Assembly: GCA_965202585.1 (NCBI GenBank)
Contig: OZ241833.1
Span: forward strand, 29,822,001 to 29,886,000
DNA: 64,000 bases
Source: Thalia democratica
Taxonomy: Eukaryota
Direction: 5' to 3'
The notes beneath the pieces are model-generated. The model was not told the DNA's origin and searched no databases. It was given only the letters and a program-made list of their open reading frames with translations. Numbering within the stretch: the stretch's first letter is position 1; each line of letters opens with the position of its first letter. Below, one piece after another: positions 1 through 11,600 of the stretch. The translations under genes were made by a program, and so were the position numbers.

Positions 1-2242
1 AAAATTGTTTACACATTGAATTTTATTTTTTTACTTTTCACTAAATCATTCCATATCATACATTTTTTTTAAGATCTAAGCAGTTTTTGTTTACAACTGC
101 TGCTTAAACTGGAAATATCTTTTTAGAAATGGTCAGCAGCCTCTCTTGTGTGTACATTGTTGTGCTAAACTTGATATCAACTTTTGCAATAGATTTCGTA
201 CAAAGTACAAAAGCCCTTTAAATTAAGATTTCTTTTAAGAATTATTTTTGTGTTTGTAAGATACATGTTTTTTGATAAAAAGTTTTATTAATCTTGGAGT
301 TAGTTTAATAACCGTTTTGAAGTACAAACTTCTTCAAAAATATGTACTTAACATTTAATTTTTGCAATTTGTTTCTGCCGAAATTTTCATTAAAATATGG
401 AAGAAAAAGATGTTTTGTACTTAAATTTAACATAATTTAAACTAATCTTTTAAAATAAAGCATGATTAGTGTGAACTCAGCGTAAGAGCATAAATATTAA
501 ATTTCAGTGAAAACATAAAAGCTTTTCAAATTAAAAAAGGTATCTAATAAGTTATTTTCAAAAGTTTAACAATTTTTATATTGTTTATAACTTATGAAGT
601 ATTTTAATTAACCAGGAGAAAATAGAATTTTAAAAGCAACTCTGGCTGATTAAGTAAAAGTTTGAACTAAAATAAAAATTGCATGGAAAGTTTTAAAAAA
701 AATTGCATGTTTCTTATAATTTTTAGACTTGCCCGTACGTTTTTTAAAACATTAAGTTAATACTTGGTTAAATATATTTTGCACTTATATATATGTACAA
801 AATCACCAACGTATTTTGAAAAGATTAGGGTTTTACTTTTAAAAACAAGATTTTAAGTTCAGTATTAAGAAAAATTTTATAAATACTTTTGTTGAACTTA
901 AATGTTAGTTTCAAAAAGACGGTATAAAAATTTTCAATACTAAAACAAAATTTTAAAAGATAAAGATTTTTTGTAATTTAGTTCTGGTTGTGATAAGTTA
1001 AATAAACTAGCAATTCTTAGAAACAAATTCAAAATAGTGATAACGAAAACTAAAGATCACAACCAAATTTTAATTGGAGGAACATGTAACTTTACATTAA
1101 AAATAGAAAACTTAAAATCTAAGAATGCAAATATAGCTGAACTTATCTGTATACTTTTTTGTTAGCTTACGTAAAAAATGTTTATTTCTAAACTATATTT
1201 ATTTTTACAAAAGTTTATGTAGTAATTATAAACAACTTATAGCTAAATAAAAATTATTAATTAATTAACTAAGTATTAAGTGTTTAAAAACTAAAACTTT
1301 TTATACTTTTGACTTCAAAATATTTAAAAAAAAATTAAGAGCCATAAAGTAAACCCACACACTGATATCAATTTCAGCCGAAATAGTTTAAAACAAAGTA
1401 TAATTGTCTGAAAGGAAAGGCTAAGTAGTTTATCGAGCTGCGTTTTATGAAGAATATGGAACTTTTAAATTTTATTATTCCAAGATCTTCTCAAGTTTGT
1501 ATTTAGTTATAAAGTATTATAAACTTTCACGACAAAAATTGTACAATTTCGTCTTTAAAGTTCATAATACTTAAATCGATAAAATATTCCAAAGAAATTA
1601 TTAAGAACTAAAATATAAAAGCTTAAGTCTTACCATAGCAAAACTAAACAATTAAAATATTGTTGAAAGCTTGAAATAAACGTTTATTGTTTAACTACTT
1701 GACATGTAGTTTCAGTATCCTAGAATAGTTGAAAAGTCTATATGTAAATACCAACATTCTGGTCTGATTTTTTTCATACTAAAAATACTTACAAACCATT
1801 ATGTAAAGAAAGACGTTTACATGATTTGAGATACCATTTTATTGCAAACAGCAAGGCTTTTTCCGTTTAACAAATTTATTCAATAATGCTTCCAAAATTC
1901 TTTCTTTTTCAAAACAAATTAAGTACTTACTAAACTGATTAATTAAACTACTTTTTTTCCTAATTTTACTCTTATTTTCTGTCATTAATTCGTTCAGTGA
2001 GTTTTTATTTTGAAAAGGAAACTTTGAAAGCATTGCTTAAAAAAAAAATTTAATAAAAAAGCCTTATTATTTGCAAAAAAAAATGGTATTTCAAACCCTA
2101 TAAAAAATTTTGTAACTAGATTAAAATTAACACAAGTATATACTCAGCTAAGTAGGAGTTTGTTTGTACTGTTTACCTTCTGAATAACTTTTATTGGTCT
2201 TAGAAGAGGTTATTTTAAGCTTGCTGCTAAAGTATGAAACAT

Positions 2243-5200
2243 ATTGTTATTATTATTGGAGTTTATTGTGCAAAGATGGACTCGGGCATTAAAACCTGAG
2301 CCGCTTAAGCAATACACACGAAAAAAGAAGCAAACAAATTACATTCAATGAAAATTAAAATTCAAAAATAACATAGTAAAAAAATTACAAACAAATAGTC
2401 CTATATGATAAATAATAACTTAGTATGCACATAGAACAAAACGAAATAAATTCTCATATAAAAAGTTATGCATAGACTAAAAAAGATTACACATGTACAA
2501 AAATTATATATAAAAATTTATAATCTGTAGGGGGAAGGCGTAAGGAAGAAAAATTAATCTTAGTGATACTAATATTTTACAATGAATTTTTATTCGTTAA
2601 TCACTGTATTTTACTTGTGTTTATATTAGTTAAATCGATTTTTTTAGTTTTAATCGAAATTGTTCCACCCTCCCACACGAAACCACATCCTGCGGTAACT
2701 TATTCCACGTATTTATTGTTCTGCAAAAAAAAGAATTTTGCCACTGACTGTTATTAAAATTACATTTACATTTTTTTTTATCATTTCCTCTCAAATTATA
2801 ATTGGTCTGAGAAAAAACAAAAAACTGATTGAAAAATTCTTTATATTTACCATTAACAGTTTTTAAAAGTGTTATCAAGTCAAACTGCCATCTTCTATAC
2901 TCTAGAGACTCCAATCTGAGTTTCACTAATCTATCTTTGTATGAGGTATTTCAAATGTTGCATCCAATACAAACAAAACGGATAAAATTTCTCTGCACAG
3001 ACTCAATCCTAATAATGTCTTTTTTTAAACAGGGTGATCATATTGGGGTATTGTATTCGAGTTTAGGGCGAACGTAGATTTTAAATAGTTTAGTAAGAAT
3101 ACTAGCAGAACTGGTCTTAAAACTTTTAAGTATTTGATATGATGAGGTTTGAGCAGTTTAATATAAATAACTTATATGTTCGTTCCATTTTAGATTTTCA
3201 GATATATGTATTCCTAAGTCTTTAAAAAAATTTACTGCTGGTATTTTAGTTTTATTGATTAAAAGATTACTAGGGAAGGGTTTATTTTTATTGATGGTTA
3301 GAGCTTGGCATTATTTTGGATTTAAATCAAGTTAGCCTGTTATTATCAAGTTATCTTGTTTTTAGCCATTCGTGAATATTATCTAATGTTGTTTGTAAAG
3401 AAGTTTCTGACTTGCTAAATACTTTTGTGTAATCTGCAAATAGACTTATTTCGCTTTGAATGTGAGTATTAAAAGTGATATCGTTGATGTAAATTAAAAA
3501 GAGAAGAGGACCAATGACTCCACCTTGTGGTACTCCACTGTGAACTTTCATTGGATCTGATAATGTGTTGTTAATGAGTACACTTTGTGTCCTACTTTTT
3601 AAAAATTCGCTTAACCAATTCACTAAGTTATCATCAAAACCACATTGAGTCATAACTTTTAATAATCTAATGTGTGACACAGAGTCAAAAGCTTTTTGAT
3701 GTCAGTATAGACCACTATGACTGATTCATTATTTAAGTAAGTTATTAGCCAAGTATGTAAACATGTTAATAGTTGAATTCCTGATGATCGGTGGGGAACA
3801 AAGCCAAATTGTTTTGGTGTTAATAAATTAAAGTCGAAGAGGTGGTTAAATGTTTTTTGGGAAATAATGTGTTCAAAAATTCGGGAAAACGTACTGGTTA
3901 AGGATATTGGCCTATAATTTAATGGGTCGTGTTTGATACCTTTTTTGTATACTGGAATTACATAAGATGTTTTCCATTGTTTAGGTATTTCTGACAATGC
4001 TAGGGAGCAATAAAAATTTAATAATAAAGGAAAAGCTAATGATGGAATAGCATGCTTAATAAAATAAGGTGGAGTTTTCTCTGGCGTTCTAATAATTTTA
4101 TCTTTAAGGTGCTTCGTCGATGTGTTAATATCTTCCGAACTTATAATAAAACTTTTCATTTTGCTGCATGTTTTTTAGGTTGCTTATAACTTTGATGATT
4201 TTGATCTTGTTTAAATACATTTTGAAAACTTTTATTGGAGAGTGTGGCTCTTTCAAAATCTGAAATTACTGTTTTGTTTTTATGGTGATCAAATAAGGGA
4301 GGCAATAAAGTATTAAATTTAATTTTAGATTTAACGTAGCTATAAAACTTTTTTAGATTTGGGTTAGTGCAGAAGGATTTTTCATATTTTAAATTGTATG
4401 TTTTAATAGCTTATTTATATTCTTTTGATTTAATTTTATAGTATTTGGAGAATGATTTATTTTTCTTACTTTTTTTGTAAAGAATAAGTTTTTCTTTTAA
4501 TAATTTCTAATGTTAGATGGATATTTTTTGCATTTGTTATTTTTAGGATAAGGTGGAATAAAGAGTTTAATTGAAGTTTGAATTAAGTCGATAAATTGGT
4601 CATAAAAGTGTTGGAGATTTTTTGATTTATTAAATAATGAAGTCCAATCAATGTTTGACAAGTATTTGTTAATATTTTTAAAATCAGCATTTTTAAAATT
4701 ATATGAAACTACTTTAGAATTAGGTATTTTTTGACTCTCAGTTTTAATGTTAAATGAGATCAAGTTGTGGTCACACGTGGTTGTTAATGGGAAACTAGTT
4801 AAAAGAGATGTTATTTTATCAAAACCCAACTGGTTGCAAGTTAATAAATCGAGTATGTTTCCACTTTAATGAGTTGATTTTACAATTACTTGAGTTAAAA
4901 AATTATCTGTGCAGAAATCAAGAAAAAATTCATGGGATTCATTAAAGCTTGTATAAGGAATTCTCCAGTTTATGTTTGGCAGATTGAAATCCCCAAGAAT
5001 AAAATAAGAATAGCTATCCGGCAAAAACAACTTAATCAGTTAAATTAGATTTTTAACAGTTGGGGCACATTTCGCAGCCAGTGGAGTAAGGTAGATACAC
5101 AAAAATTTTAGTTTAGTCTTTTTAAAAAATCACATCTATACATAAATATTCAAAAACAAGGGTATTAATTAAGTTTAAATAATTTTTAACATTAAAAACT

Positions 5201-5570
5201 TTAAAGGAATCTTTGTAGTGAATTGCAACACCTCCACCCCTACTTATCCTATCGTTTCGGACAATGTTATAATTACGAGGACAAATAACGGCATCGTTGA
5301 CTTTAGGACTCAACCATGTTTTACAAAAAATAAGTCAATATCTTTAATGTATAAATAATTTTCTAAAATATCAACATTATTTAAAACAGATCGTATATTA
5401 GTATAAAAAATCTTTAAATTACTATTAATATAACTATTTATAGAGGACTGATTAATCTTATCAGAACTAGCAGATAGATTAAGTTTTTTGTAAAAGTTTA
5501 AAACGTCTGACTTACAGTATATGTGTAAGTTAATTTGGTTAAAAAAAAGTTTTAATTAATTTATCATTGC
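2243..5570 (-). mobile_element. Decayed non-LTR retrotransposon (CR1/L2-group LINE ORF2: APE endonuclease + RT + C-terminal domain, 3' UTR and (TAA)n tail)
   Basis: Minus-strand ORF pieces in LINE order: APE motifs (TNIRS..., TWL, RNDRISRGGGVA at ~5120-5410); RT motifs (YRPISLTS, KQFGF, YTDIKK, GVPQGGVIGPLLFLIYIND, FADY for FADD at ~3350-4160); C-terminal LESLEYRR...FFCRTINTWNKLP (2630-2926). Several frameshifts and stops. AATAAA at 2262-2267 is followed by a TAA-repeat tail at ~2247-2258. The 5' boundary is uncertain. Confidence 0.9.
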
Positions 5571-5999
5571 TACCTCACACAGCCTTTAATATACTAATTT
5601 GTAATTGTCATTAAAAAGTTTTATTTGTTATATACCGATAATTCCAATTTGAAACACCTAATTGAGTAGTATTTTAAATTTTTTGCATTCATTGAGCCCA
5701 GATTTACAACAGCTTTTGTGAACTCTTAACCACTGAATCGATGTTTTTAATTTCTTTTTACTATTGGACTGCCTAAAATTATTTCTTTTACATATTTAAA
5801 GTTTCATATAACAATTGAGTTTGAACTAAATGTAAAAAATTAACTTTACAAATTATGAAAATCAATAACTTTAGTACTTAAAATGTAGAAAACTTAGTCT
5901 AAGTTTACTAATAACTGATCTATAAGACGTTCTTATACACATTTTAATAGTTTTAATTTTCATTAATAATCATAGAACTATTTTTTGTCAAATTTAAGC

Positions 6000-6332
6000 C
6001 ACTAGGTCGGCAAACTGTGGCCCTTTAAGTTAAGATCTGCGGCCCGCGAGGTAATTTTTAGCTTAAAACACACTTTTTTAAAAAAGAAAAAGCTTTGCAA
6101 TAAAAACTTACACTTAGGCTCTTAATTTAATAGTTACTTTTAACTAGTGTTATTTTCTGCTTATTTTGTTATGTTTTGGTTTATAATTGTATTTTTCTAC
6201 TAAGTACTATGATTTTTTTTTAATAAGTTGTGGCCCTCGAAAACTTTTTTGTGAAAAGTGCGGCCTAGAGATATTTTTTTCTGAAAAAATTGACCCGCGA
6301 TTTACAAAAGGCTGCCGACCCCTGCACTAGAC
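6000..6332. mobile_element. hAT (Charlie/Buster-like) MITE
   Basis: Right TIR GGCTGCCGACCCCTG ends at 6324, followed by CACTAGAC. The left end CACTAG|GTCGGCAAAC looks like the same target site plus a TIR that has lost its first bases. Internal GCGGCCC/GTGGCCC subterminal motifs. Target with central TA fits the known Buster/Charlie preference. Confidence 0.7.
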
Positions 6333-8564
6333 CGACATGGTAAGTCAAAGCTAATAAGAATTTAAACAATTAACTATATATATTTTAAGTAATAAATTAA
6401 ATCTAAATTCATTAAGTAACTGTTTGGTGCAGGACTCTTAAGACACTAAATGTATTTAAAGATTTTTTCTTAATGTTTAAAGGAAACTTATTCAGTAAAT
6501 GGTTAAATATAGAAAATTTGACTCAGTAAAAAGTATTAATCTTCTTGCAAAAAAAAAAAATTATGAATAAAAAATGTGGAGTTAATATACATACTTATAT
6601 TGCTAACTTTACGTTACAAAGCTTGAACAAACCAAAATAGGATTATATGAATTTAAATTGTATAAGAAGCTGGTTAACTTGAAGCAAAAGTGAGCAGTCT
6701 TAAAGGGTACAACGTTTGAAAATATTAACATAACAGTCCATCAAGTTATAAATAATATATGTGAAGTCATCAGCTAACAATATTGCATTTATTTTATGGC
6801 AGTTGTTTTAGTTACAAAAATAGTTTTCAGCTGTAAATGCTTTTCTTTTTCTTTTTTAATATTAAAAGATAAGTCTTTGACGACACTTATTAAGAGAAAT
6901 GTTCAACAGATGGATTAATGCCAACATGTTAGAAAAGATCGTAACGCTCTTTAATCACACTTACATCTTATATGAAAAGCATATGGAAGTTGCTTTTATT
7001 TTTCACCAACGAATTATATATATTCTTGTAACAGAGGAGAGCAATCTGCACTAAAATTTATATCCACTCTATCTATATTCTTAAAGTTAAATGATCTATT
7101 TTGAAACATATTTTACATTCTATATGTTTGTACTATATATTGTAGCAGTAGAGAACAATCTTAGGTGTAATTTTACAACATTTTGATCAACGTGGTTAAA
7201 TTATCTTAAAATTTCAACGAAAAATTTTATCAACATATTTAGAAAACTCTATTAGATTCATAGCCAAGTTCAACTATTTGTCATAATTTAGTTTTTTCTA
7301 CAATAAAATTAAAACAAACATTTCCAAATTAGTGGACTTTCAAGTGTATGAAATCGAACTAATAAGTGCACTTAAGTGTGCATTTTATGTTATATAGTTT
7401 TTTGTTTCAGCTAATTCACAAGTACTTTTATTAATTAACAACTTAATTTAGCTTTTAATGGACTACATGTCGAATTTTTAGCTTTAAATATGTTTTAAGT
7501 AAAATAATTTAGACCTTTTGAATCCGTAGTTGTATTTTTCTATCTTTTATACCATTAGTTGTTATTTACTTCTAGGTTTTAAGTTTGATATTTATCAACG
7601 GATTAGTATAAAAAACTATATAATAATGCAGAAGTTAGTCACTCTTGGACTTTGAATTAAATTGCATTATTTACATATAATTAATCTTACTTAGAAGAAT
7701 AACATTACCGTTATTAAAAAACAACATTACAGTTATTTTAAGACAAAAACAACACGTTTAACTTCTCGTTTAAATTTATTAACGAAAAACAAATGCGAGA
7801 ACGAGAAATCAAAAAGTTTTTTTTTTGATAATCGGAGATGGTATCAATAAATTTTAACGCCAAAACAACAAAGCATGCACCTTTCAACTGTGTTCGGAAC
7901 AAAAAATATGTAGAAAGCTTCAATGAACAACGGCGCGCCGCTTTACTGTCAGCTGCAAATTGTCCGACTAAACGGGGACAAAGCTTGCAGAGAATGGGAG
8001 TGTAGAGTCAATTGGGGGGTTTTGTTGCGGACTTTTGTGAGAGGGAAAACCCCTGCTACTTTGGCAATGGACTCTTTTAAAGAGACACCAAATTTAACAA
8101 GTAAACTGGCGTTTCAATAAAAGGCCGACAGTGCAAAAGTAAATTACCAAGGGTCTTTTTCGCAGGGGTGACACTAGTTAGATGTTTAGAAGTGTCACCG
8201 GTGCGAACTTTTTCACCAATACAAAGTATGCAGCTGCCCCCAGAACAAAACCATCCTTGAGCTGTAAAAACGACGCGCGCAAAATAAGCACCTCGAAAAT
8301 GCCGTCGAAATGACCGACGATGTATGTATAAACAGAGGTGTAATTTTTTTCAGTCAAAAAACACAAAAAGAGATGTAATAAAATGCAACGAAACTGTCAT
8401 CTGAAACTAACTCAAAATTCATGTAAGATGTGAGCAAGACTTTTTGTCTTTGCGCTTGAGCGGTGTGTCGAGAAATGGAAACAATCGGTATCATGTGGTG
8501 GTGGTGTGGTGACACTCCTCCGTTGAAGGTGAAGTGACACTTTGGAGTGGAGAATTGTCGCTTG

Positions 8565-8633
8565 TTAGATTTTCATCTCAGCGACCTTCTCGGCGACCTG
8601 CTCGACATTCTGTGGGGATTTGCGAGCTTCAGC
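8565..8633 (-). CDS. YBX1: Y-box exon 7 (terminal coding, [22 protein letters not shown])
   Basis: ttttttccag| acceptor, phase 0, TAA at 8567-8565, followed by relatively GC-rich UTR-like sequence to ~7900. Confidence 0.8.
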   Translation of the reverse strand, partial: AEARKSPQNVEQVAEKVAEMKI

Positions 8634-11600
8634 CTGGAAAAAAATTATTTTAGTAATATTCAATTTATGGTTTTTAAATCATTATAACTGAACGTTTAAG
8701 CGATTTGCTACTTTATCACATTAATAATATTTTTCTTAAAATTTATAATGACAACTTACTCTAATATTTAATTTAGAGCTCAATTGATGTTAATAAAACT
8801 GAACTCCAGGATTATTTATTTTACTACATAACATTAATACCAATAATTTAAGCATCAACATATTCAACTGATATTAGTACAATGGAACACTAATATATAT
8901 TTCCCTTAGTCTAGTACTGTTCATCGATTTTATAAAATAAACCAACATTTTGAGCATCACCACCGCTCTTCTGCTGATCTCCACCTTCCGCTTGCCCTCC
9001 TTCCTTTTTCTGCCTGTTCCTGTTGTTCCTCCTCCTGTAGTTTTTCTTCACCGGCTGGTCACCTTGCTGCTGGTCGCCTCCCTCCAAGTTGTTCTGCTCG
9101 TTGTTCTGAGGTTTCGGTCCGTTGCGGTTGCTGAAATGAAAACAAGATAAGTTTCATTTCGGGGTAAAATACCTAATGCGTAGTCAAGTGCTGGTGCGTA
9201 CAAATCGTAAAATTTCAGCTTTGACTTTCACCAAGACTATTATTTATAGTACTAATAAATTTCTACTTCATCATATGAAATTTAACTTTTCAGCTTAGAG
9301 CGAGGAGGTTTAAATTAAAATTCACTGATAGTGTTATTGGAATTCAAGCAGTTTCATCTAATTTCTGTTTTAAATAAAAATAATTTAGATTTTCTTTAAC
9401 TAAGTCAAATTTTTTAATTTACACAAACACATGAAATTAATCAGAATTTTTATGTGCGAAAAACTGCACTTAGTGAATTCAACTTAGTTAATAAACATTA
9501 GTGCTTTAAGAGGAGTGCAGTAAGGTCATTTAACTTTAACAAATTAATTCTATAACATAGGGAAGAAGATCATTTTAGCAATAGAGTTTTAGGAATACAA
9601 ATTTTTTGATAGCAATTTATAACTTTCTTTCTAAGTGAAAAGATTTAACTTACTAAGTTAAGTTATTGTAGATATTTAGTTGTTAAAACTTCAGAGAAAA
9701 AGATTTGATTTGTGTTTTCAAAATTTAGTTCGATAGAAATTTACTTAAAAAATATGAAAATCTTATGTGAAATACACATTATTTAAAATATTTTTATATG
9801 TTATTATTTTTTTAAAGAACAGCTGATAGGTCTAAGTTCCTGTCAAAATAATTAACTTTCCTCAAAGCCGAACTTAATTGTGACTCTGAACATTAAGAAA
9901 TAAGGATTGAGTTTGGAAAGAAACGAATTGTACGATGTAGGCAATTGAGAACTGTGCTCGGTATCATTGTTTTTTTTACAATAATCGATCTTGTATTTAA
10001 GCTCACAGGCGATATCTATGCAACGTGATCGTATCTGAAACTTCACGGGACATGACGTGTGAAGCGGCTTGAAGCAGATGGATAAATTTTAATGTGGAAA
10101 ATAGATTAATTTGCACAACAGGGTTTTAGGAATTTCCACTTTTTTTTTAATACAATAATTATTTTTCTTCTTTTAGTGAAATGGTATAACTTATTACATT
10201 TAACATAATTTAAGCTTTTGTAGAAGTAAAAAAAATTTTTAAGGAAAATTAAAATTATGGTTTTGGTGAAAAAAAGAGAACTTTTTGTTTTATTAGAAAT
10301 TTAGGTTAAAAAGAAAAATATTAGAGTATATGAATGAAATACTTACAAAACTTCTACAAGAACAGTAGACTGATTTATACGTCCTTGTAAACTAATTTTT
10401 ATTTCTCTACATAATGTTTACAATAACATATGAATTATCCTTTTTGTTTACTTTATTTGACTTAAATAAAAAACATTTTGTAAAAGTTTTGAAATAAACT
10501 AAATGAAATGTATGAATTAATTAAGTGTCGTTTATTTGAACTTTATACTGTGTTCAAACTCCATCACAGATAAAAACAAGTAATAGCGTAATTAATACAG
10601 TTCACGACATTTTCAAGTAACTGCATGATAAAGTAGTAGCATTTGGCTACAATAATGAAAGCAAATTACTTCCAATTACATCCACGTGACAAAAGCTCAA
10701 AGTTTGTTCAGCGTAAATTTTCTCCCGAATAAACTTATACTCATGAGTTGTAGTCTATTTATTTTAACATGCACACAAAGGTTACTTTAAATTACAAAAA
10801 CTTAAGTTTACACCCATGCTATTTCTGGCTTCAGTCTACCGAATTGACCAGTATTTAGCAGCGATGTTTACAAAAATATTGATAAGTGGAGGCTTGCTGT
10901 TGAATGTTGCAATCAAACAGCTTTTATCAGCTGCTTGTGACGTCATAATTGCTTTCGTAGTGCTCGTGTTTGATAAGAGCTAGCCGTTTAAAAGTTGGGC
11001 AAAAATTAATTTACTATGTTTGAAAAATTAAGTTTTACTAAGTTGCAAAAAAAGGCTTTTACTAGCTTGCAGTGTTTCTTTGAATATCTTCTGTGAATAA
11101 AAAGTCAAGTTTCACGCAGTTAATTAATTGATTATCATCAAAAACATACATTTTTGTGTCGACCAAAGAATAGCATATAGTTAAAATTTCAATGAAAATA
11201 AAAGTTTACTTATAGGAGAACAAGAGTCTAGTAGTATTAAGGTTAAAATTCATATCAAGACGATGACAACAGTTACTTATTTAGAAAAACATACAGCTTT
11301 TTAAAACGCTTATTTTTATGTGCCAAGCTAGTAATTGCTTTAACACAACTGATTAAATAACCAGTTTTAAGTTTCTATAGAATAAAAAAGTAGTTGAAAA
11401 AGCGTATAAAAGTTCATTAAATATTGCTTAGCTGATAAAAGTTTGATTTGTAATAAAAAATGTAATAGAGTTTGGTTGTATTTTATTAAGAAAAAACCAT
11501 AGCCTAAAAATTTATGTTTATTTAAAAGAGTAGAAGAGAGAGAGATAATCTTTTACGTAGTAAATTATTAAGTTTCTTGTTGTTTTTTATAACAACTTAA

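Noticed and set aside
5567-5584. let-7-like TGAGGTAG on the minus strand
   Set aside because: Only the first 8 nt match; no let-7 3' portion and no hairpin.
7738-8366. Short ORFs of 61-65 aa
   Set aside because: No motifs or splice-consistent structure; the region fits the Y-box 3' UTR.
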